A stretch of DNA of 64,000 nucleotides from Priapulus caudatus (taxonomy: Eukaryota), in NCBI RefSeq assembly GCF_000485595.1, contig NW_014577065.1, positions 158,096 to 222,095 on the forward strand. Direction: 5' to 3'. Below are positions 24,498-37,405 of the stretch, one piece after another (within the stretch, counting starts at the first letter, position 1; each line of letters begins with the position of its first letter). The notes beneath the pieces were generated by a model. It worked only from the letters and a program-made list of their open reading frames with translations. It searched no databases and was not told where the DNA came from. Made by a program: the position numbers and the translations under genes.

Positions 24498-25197
24498 TAT
24501 ATATAATATATATCTTTGCCACGCAGTCGTGTGGGGTAGGGTGGGGGAATAGTGCAATACACTGAATCTGTGGTCAGAGAAGCTAGCCGTGAAATCCGAA
24601 CCGATGCTCGCGTCGTCACGCTTTCAGTGTTGCTACGTCATGCATTAGAAAATTAGAGTTCTTCTAATCTTTTTTCGAACTATAGTACAGGCTGTAAGAT
24701 CTAGGCAGCCGGTCGCGTAGACGGGCCCGACTGCGTCTCGAGAGACATTGCTATAGATTTGTGCAATGTCGCGTGCTAGTCTAAGCTCTATATCGAGATG
24801 GTTACATCGGCGTTTTCACACAGATACCCGACGAAACGTCATAGTCGCGATGCGTAAACAATGAATTGATAGAATTTGGCCACCGGACGGAGTTTGCGGC
24901 AGCTTTACTTCTAGTCACGATTGTAGTTTACGTGTAACGACGAATTTAAGAAGAGAACAACTAGATGCGAAGGTAGAATCTTTCCTCTGCATCCGCTCGT
25001 CGCATATGGGTTTGCTATCTGTGAAAATACGTGTCACGTAAGTGTGTGTACGCCCGCAAAGCGAGCGTGGAAAACGTGGCTGTGACGGCCGCGCTTGGTC
25101 GCGTCTGTAGCGAGGCGGGCCGGGCATGGCTGCCTTCAATGTCATTGAAGGCATGTTGATGTTCATGAAGTTCATCAATACACGTTGATGCCCGTAG

Positions 25198-25346
25198 ATA
25201 CGCTACAGCTGTGGCTGGACTGTGAGAACCTTGCGCTGCTGAAGGAGGCAGGAGCTCTGCATGACGTTGAGGTCTTCCGAAAGGCGTGGACGTTCATAGA
25301 GACCAGGCTGGCTTTGATACTCCGGCAGTACCCGACAACGCTGCAG
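25198..25346 (+). CDS. SETD3: SETD3 penultimate exon
   Basis: Acceptor cccgtag|, donor |gtaata, 149 nt, phase 1 to 0. TLQLWLDCENLALLKEAGALHDVEVFRKAWTFIETRLALILRQYPTTLQ resembles recalled human KLWTFLEDRASLLLKTYKTTIE. Confidence 0.85.
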
Positions 25347-26599
25347 GTAATAATAACACTGCTTGACGTATCCCCGTAGCCTCGCCGCAAAGCGTGTGAT
25401 ACTATATACCTATGCAGTGATGTTGCGTGCATGTGCGCATGTCTTCTACAATCCCGCAGGTAGGTTTGATTGTTAATGACATGACAGGGCGTGGTTGCTA
25501 CCGTTAGCGGATGACCGGCTTTGTAGTGAACAACACTCGTGAGTTTCATTGTCTACCTATTGAATAATTGTACAGAGCTGGGTATTATGTTGACGCTTTG
25601 GTTGCCCCGCTCCCCGTGACACAAACACGTCACGACTGCGCACACAAACGAGGTGTCCGTGCACGCACACATACACGCACGCACGCGTATACGTACGCGT
25701 GCGCGCCCGCATACACAAAACGGCCGTTATATTATACCGTTTTATTCAAATAACTTAACATTCGTAATGATTATAAACAGTGACATGAGCATGAGAAGAA
25801 AATCATCGCAAAATTATCTCGAAACCTTTCTGAAATCTTGCTCGCGACGTTCAATCAACACATTCTCCCCTTAATCAATCGTGATTGCACTGTGTTGCCG
25901 CAGAATGATAAAAAGATTCGGCATTGATTTCTCTTTTGATATATCTGGCTGCGATGCGAAGAGTTCTTCCGTCTAGAGCAAATGCAACGATTTTCATGGG
26001 AATTCTGACGCGGATTCTCGATTTGTCTGTCCGCGCTACATGCCTCAGATTCTTTGAGAGCAATGCTTCTGTGCAGGGCAATCAGCGGCTGCGGAGAGCA
26101 GGCGGTTCTCTAGCCGTGGTCACTATAAATTTGTTGCCGTTGCCAACGGACGTGCAGCAGAATTTGAAATTTGGAAATCGGGTTATCGGAAGACACGCGA
26201 AATTGAATACATTGTGTACGAATATGAAGCAATTGCGCTGATTGACCAGAGGGTTAATGTTGGTCGTACATCGGGCAAATATATTTATGTTTCTATCACA
26301 GATGACGGTTGTCGTAGATTCAATCCTCCTGGAGGGTTAAAACCGGCGTGACTGCCACACGACGGTTAGCTGCCGATTTCACAGCCAGCAGCCAGTGTTA
26401 GCTGTCGAAACTGCAGCTAGTTTTCGTAATCTCGAGTTGCGAAGACGCGAATCATCGCTAAATAATTTCGATGTTTTTTATTATATTACCTTTTTCATCG
26501 TCTTATTATCATTAGTTGAAATCAAAATTTAGCATGACTGCCCCCGAGGGCAGTTTTTGTATCGTTTTGTTAAATAAGTAAATAACGGGTGTTATAGAT

Positions 26600-26825
26600 G
26601 TTAACGTTATGTTGCTATCAGATATAATGACATCCTGGAAGCAATGTCTTGCCTAGGGACACACGAGATGTTGCTCCATGCTAGTTATCACAGCTCGCGT
26701 TGCCAACTGTAGTAAATCAGGATAAGGCGCCTTTCTGAATGCCATAACTGTAGTGAACGGGAGTGGGAGTCGAGACCCTGCTCCTAAAACTGAAGTTCTA
26801 AGAGATAACCATTATGCCGCCGCAG
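26600..26825 (-). mobile_element. Decayed tRNA-derived SINE
   Basis: Minus strand has A-box-like gcggcataatgg, B-box-like gggtctcgactcc, and downstream gtgtccctaggcaagac resembling the conserved SINE central motif GTGTCCTTGGGCAAGAC. The 3' end is approximate. Confidence 0.6.
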
Positions 26826-28019
26826 CCCGCCCCCCTTTCTCGGCCTGTCACTCTTAATTTGTCTAACTTTATGTCTAGCCAAGGACAAGTCTAGAGGATA
26901 GCAATCGCAACGGTTTCATGCAGATATCGGTACACGATGGGTTAGTTGCTCAGCTTGACTAATCCATCATAGGGTGTTGCATCAGTAAAGTCTGTGCAAA
27001 CAGCAGTGACATGAGAGGGAAGAACAGGAGCGGACCGCTGCGGACCTTTATGATGCATGCCGGTCGTCATGTTCACGTGATTGGCTGCACGGGGCGGGCA
27101 AATTTATAGGACGGAACTATCCTGTTGCGAAGGCAGGCAACGCAATATTATATACATTCATTACTCATTTCACTATTTTATACGCTAGACTATCTACACA
27201 TGCCTATTTCTGTTTCCTAGTATTGCTCCCCTGACGCAAAACTATTATTATGAATTATATTATTATTATTATTATTATTAAATGATCGCAAAACTATTAT
27301 TATGAAGTTGCTGGTTCATTTATGTATAACTCGATTTAAAGTTAAGCGTGTGTATAATATTTTCAAGGCTATGCCAACAGGCGATGATGAATTCCTAATG
27401 CGAAATGAGGAACCTTTTTCCCGAAGTTTTAAAAATGGGGTTGCAGACATAGCAATGCAGACGCGCTGATGTCCACACGATATCATGAGAAACTCGTGTG
27501 CATGTATTGCTGTTGCATTCCGCCAAATCATGCCGTGTGTAAAATCTGATGGAAGACCTATCGATTTTAAACTGAAATGATGTCAGGTTGGGGTAATCGC
27601 TTTCGAGTCTCGTTAGCGTTTGCCCATGTTTCTTTTCTTATCAAAATAGCAGCCAGTGCTTCAATTCTCTATAACTGTTTCATCTTTTATTATCGCAGCG
27701 TTTCTTTTAAGTTGGCTTTATAGAACGACTTCAAGGCGCGCTGATGAAGCTCGCGTGACCGCCTTCTGATCTATGTTTTCTTATCTGATTACTTTCGGAG
27801 TCATACAGAATATATATATAATAGCTCTGATAAGAATAGCTGTGTTTCCACCGATACCAATGTTTATAGCTGCATGTGTGGCGTGTGTACCCCGCGCGGG
27901 TGTGTAGCTTTCGCGAGCTTCCATATTCCATCATGGGTCTTATCGCGTGTGCGCAGGGGAGTAGCTGGCCAGGCCGAAAGGGGTCAGCGGGACAGTTGGC
28001 TGGCAGGGCAGGTGGGCAG

Positions 28020-28039
28020 ATGGACGGACCCACGGACGC

Positions 28040-28070
<31 letters not shown>

Positions 28071-28285
28071 GGGAGGAATGAAGGCAGACAGACAGACAGT
28101 CAGACAGACAGGCAGACAAACAGGCGAGAAGGAAGGCAGGCAGGCAGGCAGTCCGGCAGACAGACAGTCAGATAGGCTGACAGACAGTCAGATAGGCTGA
28201 CAGACAAATAGACAGACAGACACTCACAGTCAGATAGACTGACAGACAAATAGACAGACAGACAGGCTGACAGACAGACAGCCAG
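28020..28285. repeat. (GACA/GGCA)n degenerate microsatellite
   Basis: Visible arrays. Confidence 0.85.
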
Positions 28286-28672
28286 GTGAATTAGCGGATG
28301 TACCTAATGACCGCAATATGAAGGCTCATCAGATCGACAAAGACCTATCACATAGACGGTTAGACGGACACACGAACGAAAATACGGACAGGATTATTGT
28401 ATAACTATTATATGACTGTATTATATCGCCAGTATATGTATCAATGCGTATATAGGGCGATGTAGCATGGTATACATAGCGAACGTCTCTCCCTCTACAT
28501 TGCGCTTTGGCATGGGCATTTCTAGCAGGCCGCATAGTGCGCGTGTTATGCGTCATTGCCCTTTCTTGCCTATGCGCAATGTAGACGGGGAACGTTTGCC
28601 ACGGGGAGGATGTATACCACACTACAGTGCCACTCGCGCGGACTCGCTGCTTATTTCGCTATGCTGATGCAG

Positions 28673-29167
28673 GAGGACAAGGCCAAGCTGAAGGACAAGT
28701 CGCTGTCCGAGCACGCGCACCTCGCTCTGCAACTGACCATCGGTCACAAGGAGATCCTGAGGAACGCACAGGCGTACGCCCTCGCGCAGAGGAACCTGTC
28801 TCACGGCAAGGAGAAGGTCGGCGAGAGCGCCGCGAGCGCCTCCGACAAGGAGACGCCGACGGCGGGAGAGGGGAAGGAAGCTGTCTCCGTCGATAGTACG
28901 GAGAAGGCTGATGCGGAAACTGGGACGCCTCCCGAAGCGGATGGCGAGCGGGAAGCTTTTGCATCTCCTCCCAAGCTGAAGGAACAGTGCCCGCATGACA
29001 GCAGCCCTAGCGAGCGGAGCTCAGAGGAGGAGGCAACTACGACCGCCCCGAGTGAAGAGAAGACCGAAGACAGGGAGACCGACGATGATGTTTCTCCTAT
29101 CACTAAGGAGCTCGAGCAGTCTCGGCTGCACGGGGACGCTGTACACGATTCTAATGAAAGAAAGTAA
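28673..29167 (+). CDS. SETD3: SETD3 last coding exon with acidic low-complexity tail
   Basis: Acceptor gatgcag|, phase 0, stop TAA at 29165-29167. EDKAKLKDKSLSEHAHLALQLTIGHKEILRNA resembles recalled human EDKSVLKNHDLSVRAKMAIKLRLGEKEILEKA. GC-rich codon usage. Confidence 0.88.
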   Translation, partial: EDKAKLKDKSLSEHAHLALQLTIGHKEILRNAQAYALAQRNLSHGKEKVGESAASASDKETPTAGEGKEAVSVDSTEKADAETGTPPEADGEREAFASPPKLKEQCPHDSSPSERSSEEEATTTAPSEEKTEDRETDDDVSPITKELEQSRLHGDAVHDSNERK

Positions 29168-32100
29168 AGATGGGGGGAATATGTTACAGCGGTCTCCGTT
29201 CAGTAATTTCTGCCATTCTCTCTCGAATAAGGCCACCTGAGGTCTATAGCCTGTTATCGCTATAATATCAATACTCACACAGTCTGTGAATGCCTTAGTG
29301 CATCCGCTTAGTTTTTTCGACGTGACGTATTATTATGTTCGATGTTAAAAGCCCAGACCCGCAGTTGAAACGCGAAGATTTAACAGTATTACGCATTAGA
29401 TCTTTACCTCGTAAGTGATTGGATATGACAGCACTCACCGTAAAAATCAAGGGCATGAATTGTGTTCCGCGCAAATACTTAAAACATTTCGCTCCACTTA
29501 TTTTTGTTTCTATATTGCTTTTTATACGTTGAATATGTGTTTCTGTATTGAACAAACTGTAGACATCTCTGTGACATGTTTGAACATATTAACATGTAAA
29601 TCTCCATGTGGCTACATGTATACGTATGTCATGTATCAATACCGTTGTCTGAAATGTTGTTATTTTACATGATTAATGGGCTGGCACATTTAAATACTAC
29701 TGCTATAAGAAATTGTGTGAGCGTAGTAGGGGTTCACAAGGAGTTGCAAGGTGTTTGGTAACGCCACCTTGTTACCGGGATTAATTTCCCAAATTTAGGT
29801 AATCGAGAAATTAAAAAGGATTGAAAGTTATCTCAGCAGGCGTAGTGTTTAAAATGGCAGCAGCTAATATAGCCTATTTACTCTAGTCACAATTTGCTGA
29901 TCATTCATTGATGGTTGCCAGCAATTACGATTAATTGGACTATTAGCAACACACGATTAATAGCCCAGTTTCCACTATATAATGGACATTTGTTTAATAA
30001 ACAGTAAACTCTCGTTCACCATTTGCCAAGATCAAGACCTTTTTGTACTCGGTGTAACAACATATTTAACGAAAACCGCAAACTAACCTCTTATTTATTT
30101 ATTATATAGTCATGTTTTCTAACGCGCATATTCTTGCCATTTCTTTTCTCCCAGTAAAAATAATACAGAAAGCCATTGTAATCCAACAAAAAACGATTTA
30201 CCAAATTGGAAGCGATAATTAGTTGAAATTATGCCGTATAAGACAAGATCAGTGTATGGTTATTTTGAGATGCGTTATACAGGAATAACCCAACCTTAAT
30301 TAGTATCAAGTGAAAATGGAACGGTTGTTATGTTGCATGTTGTTTTGCATGGTGTGCTATAAATTTACACCGCCTTTCTCATTCTAAAGATCTTGAGAAG
30401 CCATTATTATTCTGTCTGCGTGTGTTAGTGATATCTATGATGAAAATTATTGTAATAAATTAACAAATCATGCAGACCGATAAACAGGCAACATAATAGA
30501 AACTAACTCCGAGCATTTTCCTCCGTGACGCATGTTGTTTATTGCAGTGCGCATGCGCAGTAGAAGGTTTCCCGCCCTGTTTGTATCAGTCGTATCAATG
30601 TTTGTATCAAAGGCCGGATCAGTATATAAATTATCAAGATGATGCTCCGCTCTTGGGCGCATTTATCTCTACCTGTTATATGTAGGCGACTACCTTGCTC
30701 TGTTAAACGTTTATCTTCCATTCATATATGCTAATTTCTCGTACTCGTATAGGCCATGGATTCTGTACGTGCCAAATTTGCGTATACGCTGGTATGTCTC
30801 TGCGGTTTATTAATTCTAATTTGTTCGTGACTCTTGACATCGACGTGCAAGTGGGCTATGGCGCTGTTTATTGTTGAATGTTGCTACGTACGCCATTATT
30901 ACTCTAGGCTGGTGTCTGGTTATAAGACTAGGCCTCCTAGTCTGTCAAAAACCTGTCAATACATTAGTCCAGGATGTTATATTTGAAGTGTAAATAATAA
31001 TAAAATGGTGCTATGTTCCGCGTGCTGCCAATCAATGATGATTGCAGGTCAATTTGATTCAATAAAACCGCGCGAGTTCGAGACATGCGCGTTTACAGAT
31101 CTATTTCACATGTTTACATCATCCATATATGCGAAATGGCCAAGTTCACTGTACGCGATCTACAACTGGTTACATTATACGTTGATATATAGCACTACTA
31201 GGTAATGAAAGGCTAAGTTAAATATTCCGATGATGCATTTTCCGAGGATATATTAATGGACCCTGTTAAATTAATGCACGTCTCTTGTTCGTCTAATAGT
31301 AATGATTATGAGTTTGCTGGCAATATATCAGTAGATATCAAATAGACATCCGTGATGATTATCTTGATATAATCATTGATATATTGATATAAATCATGGC
31401 AGGCAAATTAGTATCTCGTTAAGAATTCGTTTACTATCTCCTCTTATAGATTTCTTGCGGTTTATACGTTATATTTTTACGTGGTAGTTGACACTTGGTA
31501 TAGATCCAAAATTACGTTATACTCACGACTATATTCTAGTTATGCTATCATGATACGCAAATCGTAGAAGTTTGCATCATGTTGTTTTTTGTTGTTATGC
31601 AAAGTGTGTCGATTTTTCTATGCTTGTAATACAATGCCGCTCTATCTGCAAGTGGCAAGTAAGCACATCTAAATCATTGCTATTTAAAAGAAGCATGTTT
31701 CTTCGTGTTTATATTTTTCTGGAGCTATTTCGCTATTTAGCTATTCACTAGGTTGGGGTGAGTTGATGGCGGACAGATATGGACAGATAATGTGCGCAGT
31801 GATTTCACTGCTAATAAGTGGAAACAAATTAGCATAATAAATGGGAACATAATTATGATCAATGCTGTCAGTGGTAAGCTAATACGGGCATTTTAATCCA
31901 TTACTTTCAGATCCTCTACTAACCCATTCTTGGTGTTATGCATAGCAGACCTGGACAAGGATTTATAGTTCACGTTAATTTATACATGCTGGTACCGAAG
32001 AAATCGACTGACACCTGCTTAAAGGGTTTGCACTTGTCAATATTAGATGTAGAACCATATAATAATTCCATCAAACACGCAAATCATCACTTTTCTAAAA

Positions 32101-33014
32101 AGATTCCTCGCTGGTTACTATAATTCCTACGGACCTGAATAGCTGACATCCTCATACTGCTCGTGAGTGATAGGTGTTGATCCTTACCATCTAAGTAATA
32201 TAACGAGCACGTACCCTGCTTTGCGGAATATGTTAGCGTGTCCGAGCAGACATGTAGGTAGAATAACAACGCATGTTCAATGCGTATAACGTTGATTGGG
32301 TTTCGTTTCGGGTTAGTGCCACGCTTCCGGTGACTTATTTACGCTGCTTCGCATGTATCCGCATGCGGGTTTCTACACGTCGTCAATGGTCGAACGCACC
32401 GAAAATTTTAGATACAACTTATTAGACGCACCATCACGTTTATTACTCCACGTTTATTACTCCACGTTTATTACCATTACGTTTATTACACCACGTTTAT
32501 TACTCATTACCTGTGAGACTAGCGTAAAATCCACAGTCTGTGGTTGACCAAGAATAAATCTTTGCAAACTCTACTGCCATCTGAACAACAGGAGCGCAGT
32601 AGAATCGATAAATGGCGCGAAAAATGGAAGGCTACCAGGGGTGTCAGATTGGTCTAATTCCTATAGCAAATAGGTCATGTCTATTTACATTATTTACCAG
32701 CAGTTCTAAAGGCAGCAGCGAAGCAAAGGGTTTTGTGTCATCGGACATCATATCTATTTCTATATACTTTATTGATCTATCTTATGCATCACATCTATCG
32801 TATAAAATCGATTATTGCCTGCATTGTGGTATTCTGACGCATAAACACGTTAATTATAACGATAACAAAATTATTTAATAAATTAATACATAATAATAAA
32901 GTAATTAATGCAATAAATTAATGCAATAATGCAATTGCCTTAATGCAATAAATTATTAACATATGATATTAAGAGCCCAGAAACTCGTACTATATCTTAT
33001 TATAGTTTTTATAG

Positions 33015-33170
33015 CTCTTGATTATGTCAACAATGGACCAGTCGGTAACGCTAAGAAGTTCTTTGAGACAAACTCGAAATTCCTACGAATGATCATGACT
33101 GACAGCGGTTGCAAAGAACGACTGGGAATGTCAAGCTATAGCAAAGGACACGAGGCCTATCTACAAACCG
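33015..33170 (+). CDS. Candidate 156-nt phase 1-1 exon of an unidentified gene
   Basis: Acceptor tttttatag|, donor |gtaacc. Open frame LDYVNNGPVGNAKKFFETNSKFLRMIMTDSGCKERLGMSSYSKGHEAYLQT, with coding-like composition after an AT-rich tract. No homology recognised. Confidence 0.3.
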
Positions 33171-33369
33171 GTAACCGGTATTCATTTTATGTTGGTAATG
33201 ATTTCCATAGCTGTGGGCAATTTTCACTCAAAACTATGAAGCTCGATCCATTCACATGGCTGAAATTTCGCATCAAAGGTGAAATGACAAATATCAAATA
33301 CCAGTTTTAACGCAATACGCGTCGTAGTAATTAGCATGCATGGAGGGAATGGGATAGGTCGCTAGCAAC

Positions 33370-36199
33370 TAGTGGAGCGACTGAGAGCCAAAAATTTAGC
33401 TCGACCCCTCCCCACTTTAGAACAAGGCAAATGAGGTATCGTTGGATTCGTTAGGATGTCTGCTTTATGAAAAACAATGTTTTACAGTCAGATTCTAATT
33501 AAAACATGGCCAATTAACCCCTTTTTTGCAAACACCCATAAAAAATGTGAATTTTGGAATATCAGAATAATTGTTATTTTGGCACCTTAAAAGACTGAAA
33601 ACATGTTAATATCACATTAATTCCTTTCTGCTAACGACACTCACATTATTTGGGGTTTTAACCCACTTCAATGGGGTTTTAGGCCCCTTAATACCCCAAA
33701 ATCGGGGGTTTTACTCCTTTTTGCCATTTTCCCATATTATAACAAAACAAATCTGGTCTTATTTGATTCGTAAGGATGTCAGCTGTATGAATATTAATGT
33801 TTGATTTGTATATTTTAATGCTAACATGGCTGATTAACCCCTATTTGTAAAAAAAACTGGAATTTCCCGATATCTCATTTTGTTGTTACTTTATCACTTA
33901 CAAGGTTGAAAACAAGTAAATGTCACATTGTTTTCTTCCTGTCAAGGACACTGACACATTAATTAGGGATTAACCCTCTTCAGTTGGCTCCAAATAATTC
34001 CTTGAGAATATTGTTAGTGTTTGAACATACTGCCTTTTACACCGTCATGTCCGTATCACCTCAGACTTCATCTGTATTTTCAACCTCACTTATCTCCCGC
34101 TGATTCTCACATTCTCCACCACAGGTACAAATGTCAATGCACGCAAGTCCAGCAATGACACACTGGCATTTCTGTCCACGACAATCTTTGTCTGTGCAGT
34201 ACAAATGAGTTATGTCTCTAACCTCAGCTGGTGCCGATTCATTCTGGTACAATGTTGGACAGAGTTCACCTTTTGCACTTACATGCCAACCATGGCCAAC
34301 TGGGTCCATGTTCACAGGTTTTGCGACGTGACTCTGACACCACACTGCAACTTGGCATTGGGCACGCAATACATGTTGTGCGAAGGAATCCTCTGTCGGC
34401 GGCAGTATTGATGCAGGCTTGTCAGTGGTTGTGGCGAGTACGAAACGAAGCTCATTGAGTGAAGTTTGAACTGAGATTTTTTTTCCCATGCATGAGGAGA
34501 ACAAATCGCCTTGCAGTATCTAAGAAAGTAGGGACATCCTGGAATGATTTCAGACTCTGTAAGGCCTCTGCATTTTTGGTGAGAGCTGAATAAGCCGTTC
34601 GCTTTCCAAGTCTGTATAGAGCACTTGTCGTGTCACATCCCGACAGAGCATGCGCAGCCGGTAAGGACGTGCATGCTGCTTTGCCAAGTTTGGTACTGAT
34701 GTGGTGTACATGTATCAATCGTTCCTTTGTGACAAACTTTTCTGAGTGTCTAGCATGCATATACACTTCATCGGCCAGCGCTCCCCTGCTCCAGTAATAT
34801 ATCAGCAACACCAGAACATCTGTGTCGTCACAGCGAATGATAATCCGTGGATGGCCTCTCGACAACGTTATTGCGTGTATTACCAGGCGAGTATCCGCTT
34901 CCTCTTGTGTGCTGTACAACCCTTCAAGACTGAACACACCCACTTCATTCAGAACTTTGACGACTTCTCCATCTTCAAATCCACCTGCCAGTACTACCGA
35001 TTTCTCTGCAGACAGGATATCTTGTTTATTGTCGCAGATATACTGACAGATGAATGAAGCGAGGCCTTGTTGGCATCGCACTTGAGGAAGTTCCGGTAGT
35101 TCGGAACATCCCTGTTATCTTGGATCTGGTAGTTGAGTCCGGAATTCATCATTCCTTGCCTGTGTCGCTCAGTTGATTTTATTGAATGTTTCCTATCGTA
35201 CCGGTCAAAGACCAATGTCACAACGTCAATGGTTGGATCCATGTCACTGTTCTTCAGAAGACGCACAGTTCGTTTCAGAACCACCTTTCCGAGTTCGTTG
35301 AACGTCTTGAAATGATTCTCATTTAGGGCCTGACACATTGCCATGCCATCGATGAGGTATGCAGCAGACTGTGATGATGTCGTGGTATTCTGATGAGAAA
35401 GGACAAGAATTTCATCCATGTTTGCTTCAAGCTTTTTGGCAAGATCTGTTTTTTCTCATGGAACCATCGTCATTGAACATTGAAGGGGGAACAGCCCCAG
35501 TTATTTGGAGCCAACTGAAGAGGGTTAATCCCTAATTAATGTGTTAGTGTCGTTGACAGGAAGAAAACAATGTGACATTTACTTGTTTTCAACCTTGTAT
35601 CGGGAAATTCCTGATTTTATGTTTTTTTTTTGCAAATAGGGGGTTAATCAGCCATGTTAGCATTAAAATATGCAAATCAAACATCAATATTCATACAGCT
35701 GACATCCTTACGAATCAAATTAGACCAGATTTGTTTTGTTATAATATGGGGGAGGGGTACTGCATCAAAACTTAGGATTGGAAAATGGCAAAAAGGTCTA
35801 AAAAAACCCCGATTTTGGGGTATTAAGGAGCCCAAAGCCCCATTGAAGTGGGTTAAACCCCCAAATAATGTGAGTGTCCTTAGCAGAAAAGAATTAATGT
35901 GATATTAACATGTTTTCAGTCTTTTAAGGGGCCAAAATAACAATTATTCTGATATTCCGAAATTCACATTTCTTATAGGTTTTTGCAAAAAAGGGGTTAA
36001 TTGGCCATGTTTTAATTAGAATCTGACTGTAAAACATTGTTTTTCATAAAGCAGACATCCTAACGAATCCAACGATACCTCATTTGCCATGTTCTAAAGT
36101 GGGGAGGGGTAACTCCTTAATTATAATAAATTTAATAAGGCCCTTTAAATTATTAAAGTAATTTAATAAGGCCCTTTTTGGGCCCGGGTCGCTCCACTA
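33370..36199 (-). mobile_element. AcademX DNA transposon, internally deleted, with ~630-700 bp TIRs
   Basis: Termini TAGTGGAGCGAC...GTCGCTCCACTA. 33370-33997 is inverted relative to ~35500-36199. Flanks aac/acc form an imperfect 3-bp TSD. Contains an XPG-like nuclease plus Cys-rich remnant. Confidence 0.85.
34061..35498 (-). pseudogene. C-terminal part of AcademX protein (XPG/PIN-like nuclease, H3TH motif, Cys8 finger), frameshifted
   Basis: Motifs YLIDGMA, VFDRY...SIKSTER, QEEADTRLVIHA, DDTDVLVLL, HALSGCDTTSALYRLGK, LPPTEDSFAQHVLRA, CTDKDCRGQKCQCVIAGLACIDICTC, spread over three track ORFs plus an upstream frameshifted piece. Confidence 0.87.
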
Positions 36200-36611
36200 A
36201 CCAAGTTGGTCCACTATTGCCTTGCACTCTCACCCGACAAGCTATTTGATTGATTCCACACAGCAGGTGTATCATTAGATTAATTGCTACACTTATTATT
36301 GAGTATCGCGCAAACTCAAGCCTTATACTCAGGTTATCATAAAATAATTATCATGAAAATCATATCTCCACTCTTGTAAATAATCAGATGCTTTTACTAA
36401 GTACCCAACAAGGCTGCAAAAATATAACGCTATAATGTATAAAGCCTCGAGGAAGTGTAGCCTCGAGAGGTTTGGCCATTGATTAAACCACATTTCACGC
36501 AATCGAACGAAATCCTGATAGTGAATGATAGCGTGTGAGATAGAGATAGAATGAGAGAGGGAGGCGAGGTGGAAATAGCCCGAGGGGTGACGGATAGAAA
36601 ACAAGAGTACG

Positions 36612-36612
36612 T

Positions 36613-36648
<36 letters not shown>

Positions 36649-36827
36649 GGATAAGAGAGGAATGTAGGGTCAGATGAAATGCGAGCAAGAGATGGACAGG
36701 TTAAAGGAATGAAAGACAGCGCAAAACGGACAGAAAGACCACGAACGAGCATGTAGGCGTGTGCAATAGAAAGTGAGGGACGGGAAGAAGGGGTGAGAGA
36801 AAGAGCGACATAACAAGAGACGGACAG

Positions 36828-36919
<92 letters not shown>
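36612..36919. repeat. Two (GA)n microsatellites (36612-36646, 36831-36919)
   Basis: Visible arrays. Confidence 0.9.
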
Positions 36920-36921
<2 letters not shown>

Positions 36922-37139
36922 CCCTGGAGAACGGCTGATGCTGTCACTTTTTAGACAACGGTAAACGATGCGGTGAGTTAATAATAACGCCGGTCCTTCT
37001 GATGACTGACAAGCTTCTTCTGATGTCTGACAATATTCAACTGACAAGCTGCGGGACTGCGCCTAATTTCGCTGACTCACCGCGGCTTTAAACTAGTCAT
37101 GCGCAGTGCGCATTATAGTGAACCACTATGTGCGCGCGC

Positions 37140-37405
37140 AACCACACGCACACAGGCACGCACACACACGCACGTAGGCACGCGCACACACGCGCACGCA
37201 TGCACACACGCACGTAGGCACGCGCGTACGCATGCATGCACACACGCACGTAGGCACGCGCACACACGCGCACGCATGCACACACGCACGTAGGCACACG
37301 CACACACGCGCACGCATGCACACACGCACGTAGGCACGCGCACACACGCGCACGCATGCACACACGCACGTATCGGCACTCGCGTACGCACGCAAAAGAC
37401 GCACG
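37140..37405. repeat. 36-40 bp minisatellite
   Basis: Unit cacgtaggcacgcgcacacacgcgcacgcatgcacacacg, about 6 copies. Confidence 0.85.

Noticed and set aside
28556..28672. N-terminal part of the 203-aa track ORF as coding
   Set aside because: SETD3 similarity begins right after the AG at 28671-28672; the upstream part is intron read-through.
34061..35498. Host FEN1/XPG/EXO1 nuclease gene
   Set aside because: Frameshifted, intronless, enclosed by long TIRs, with the domain order of AcademX.
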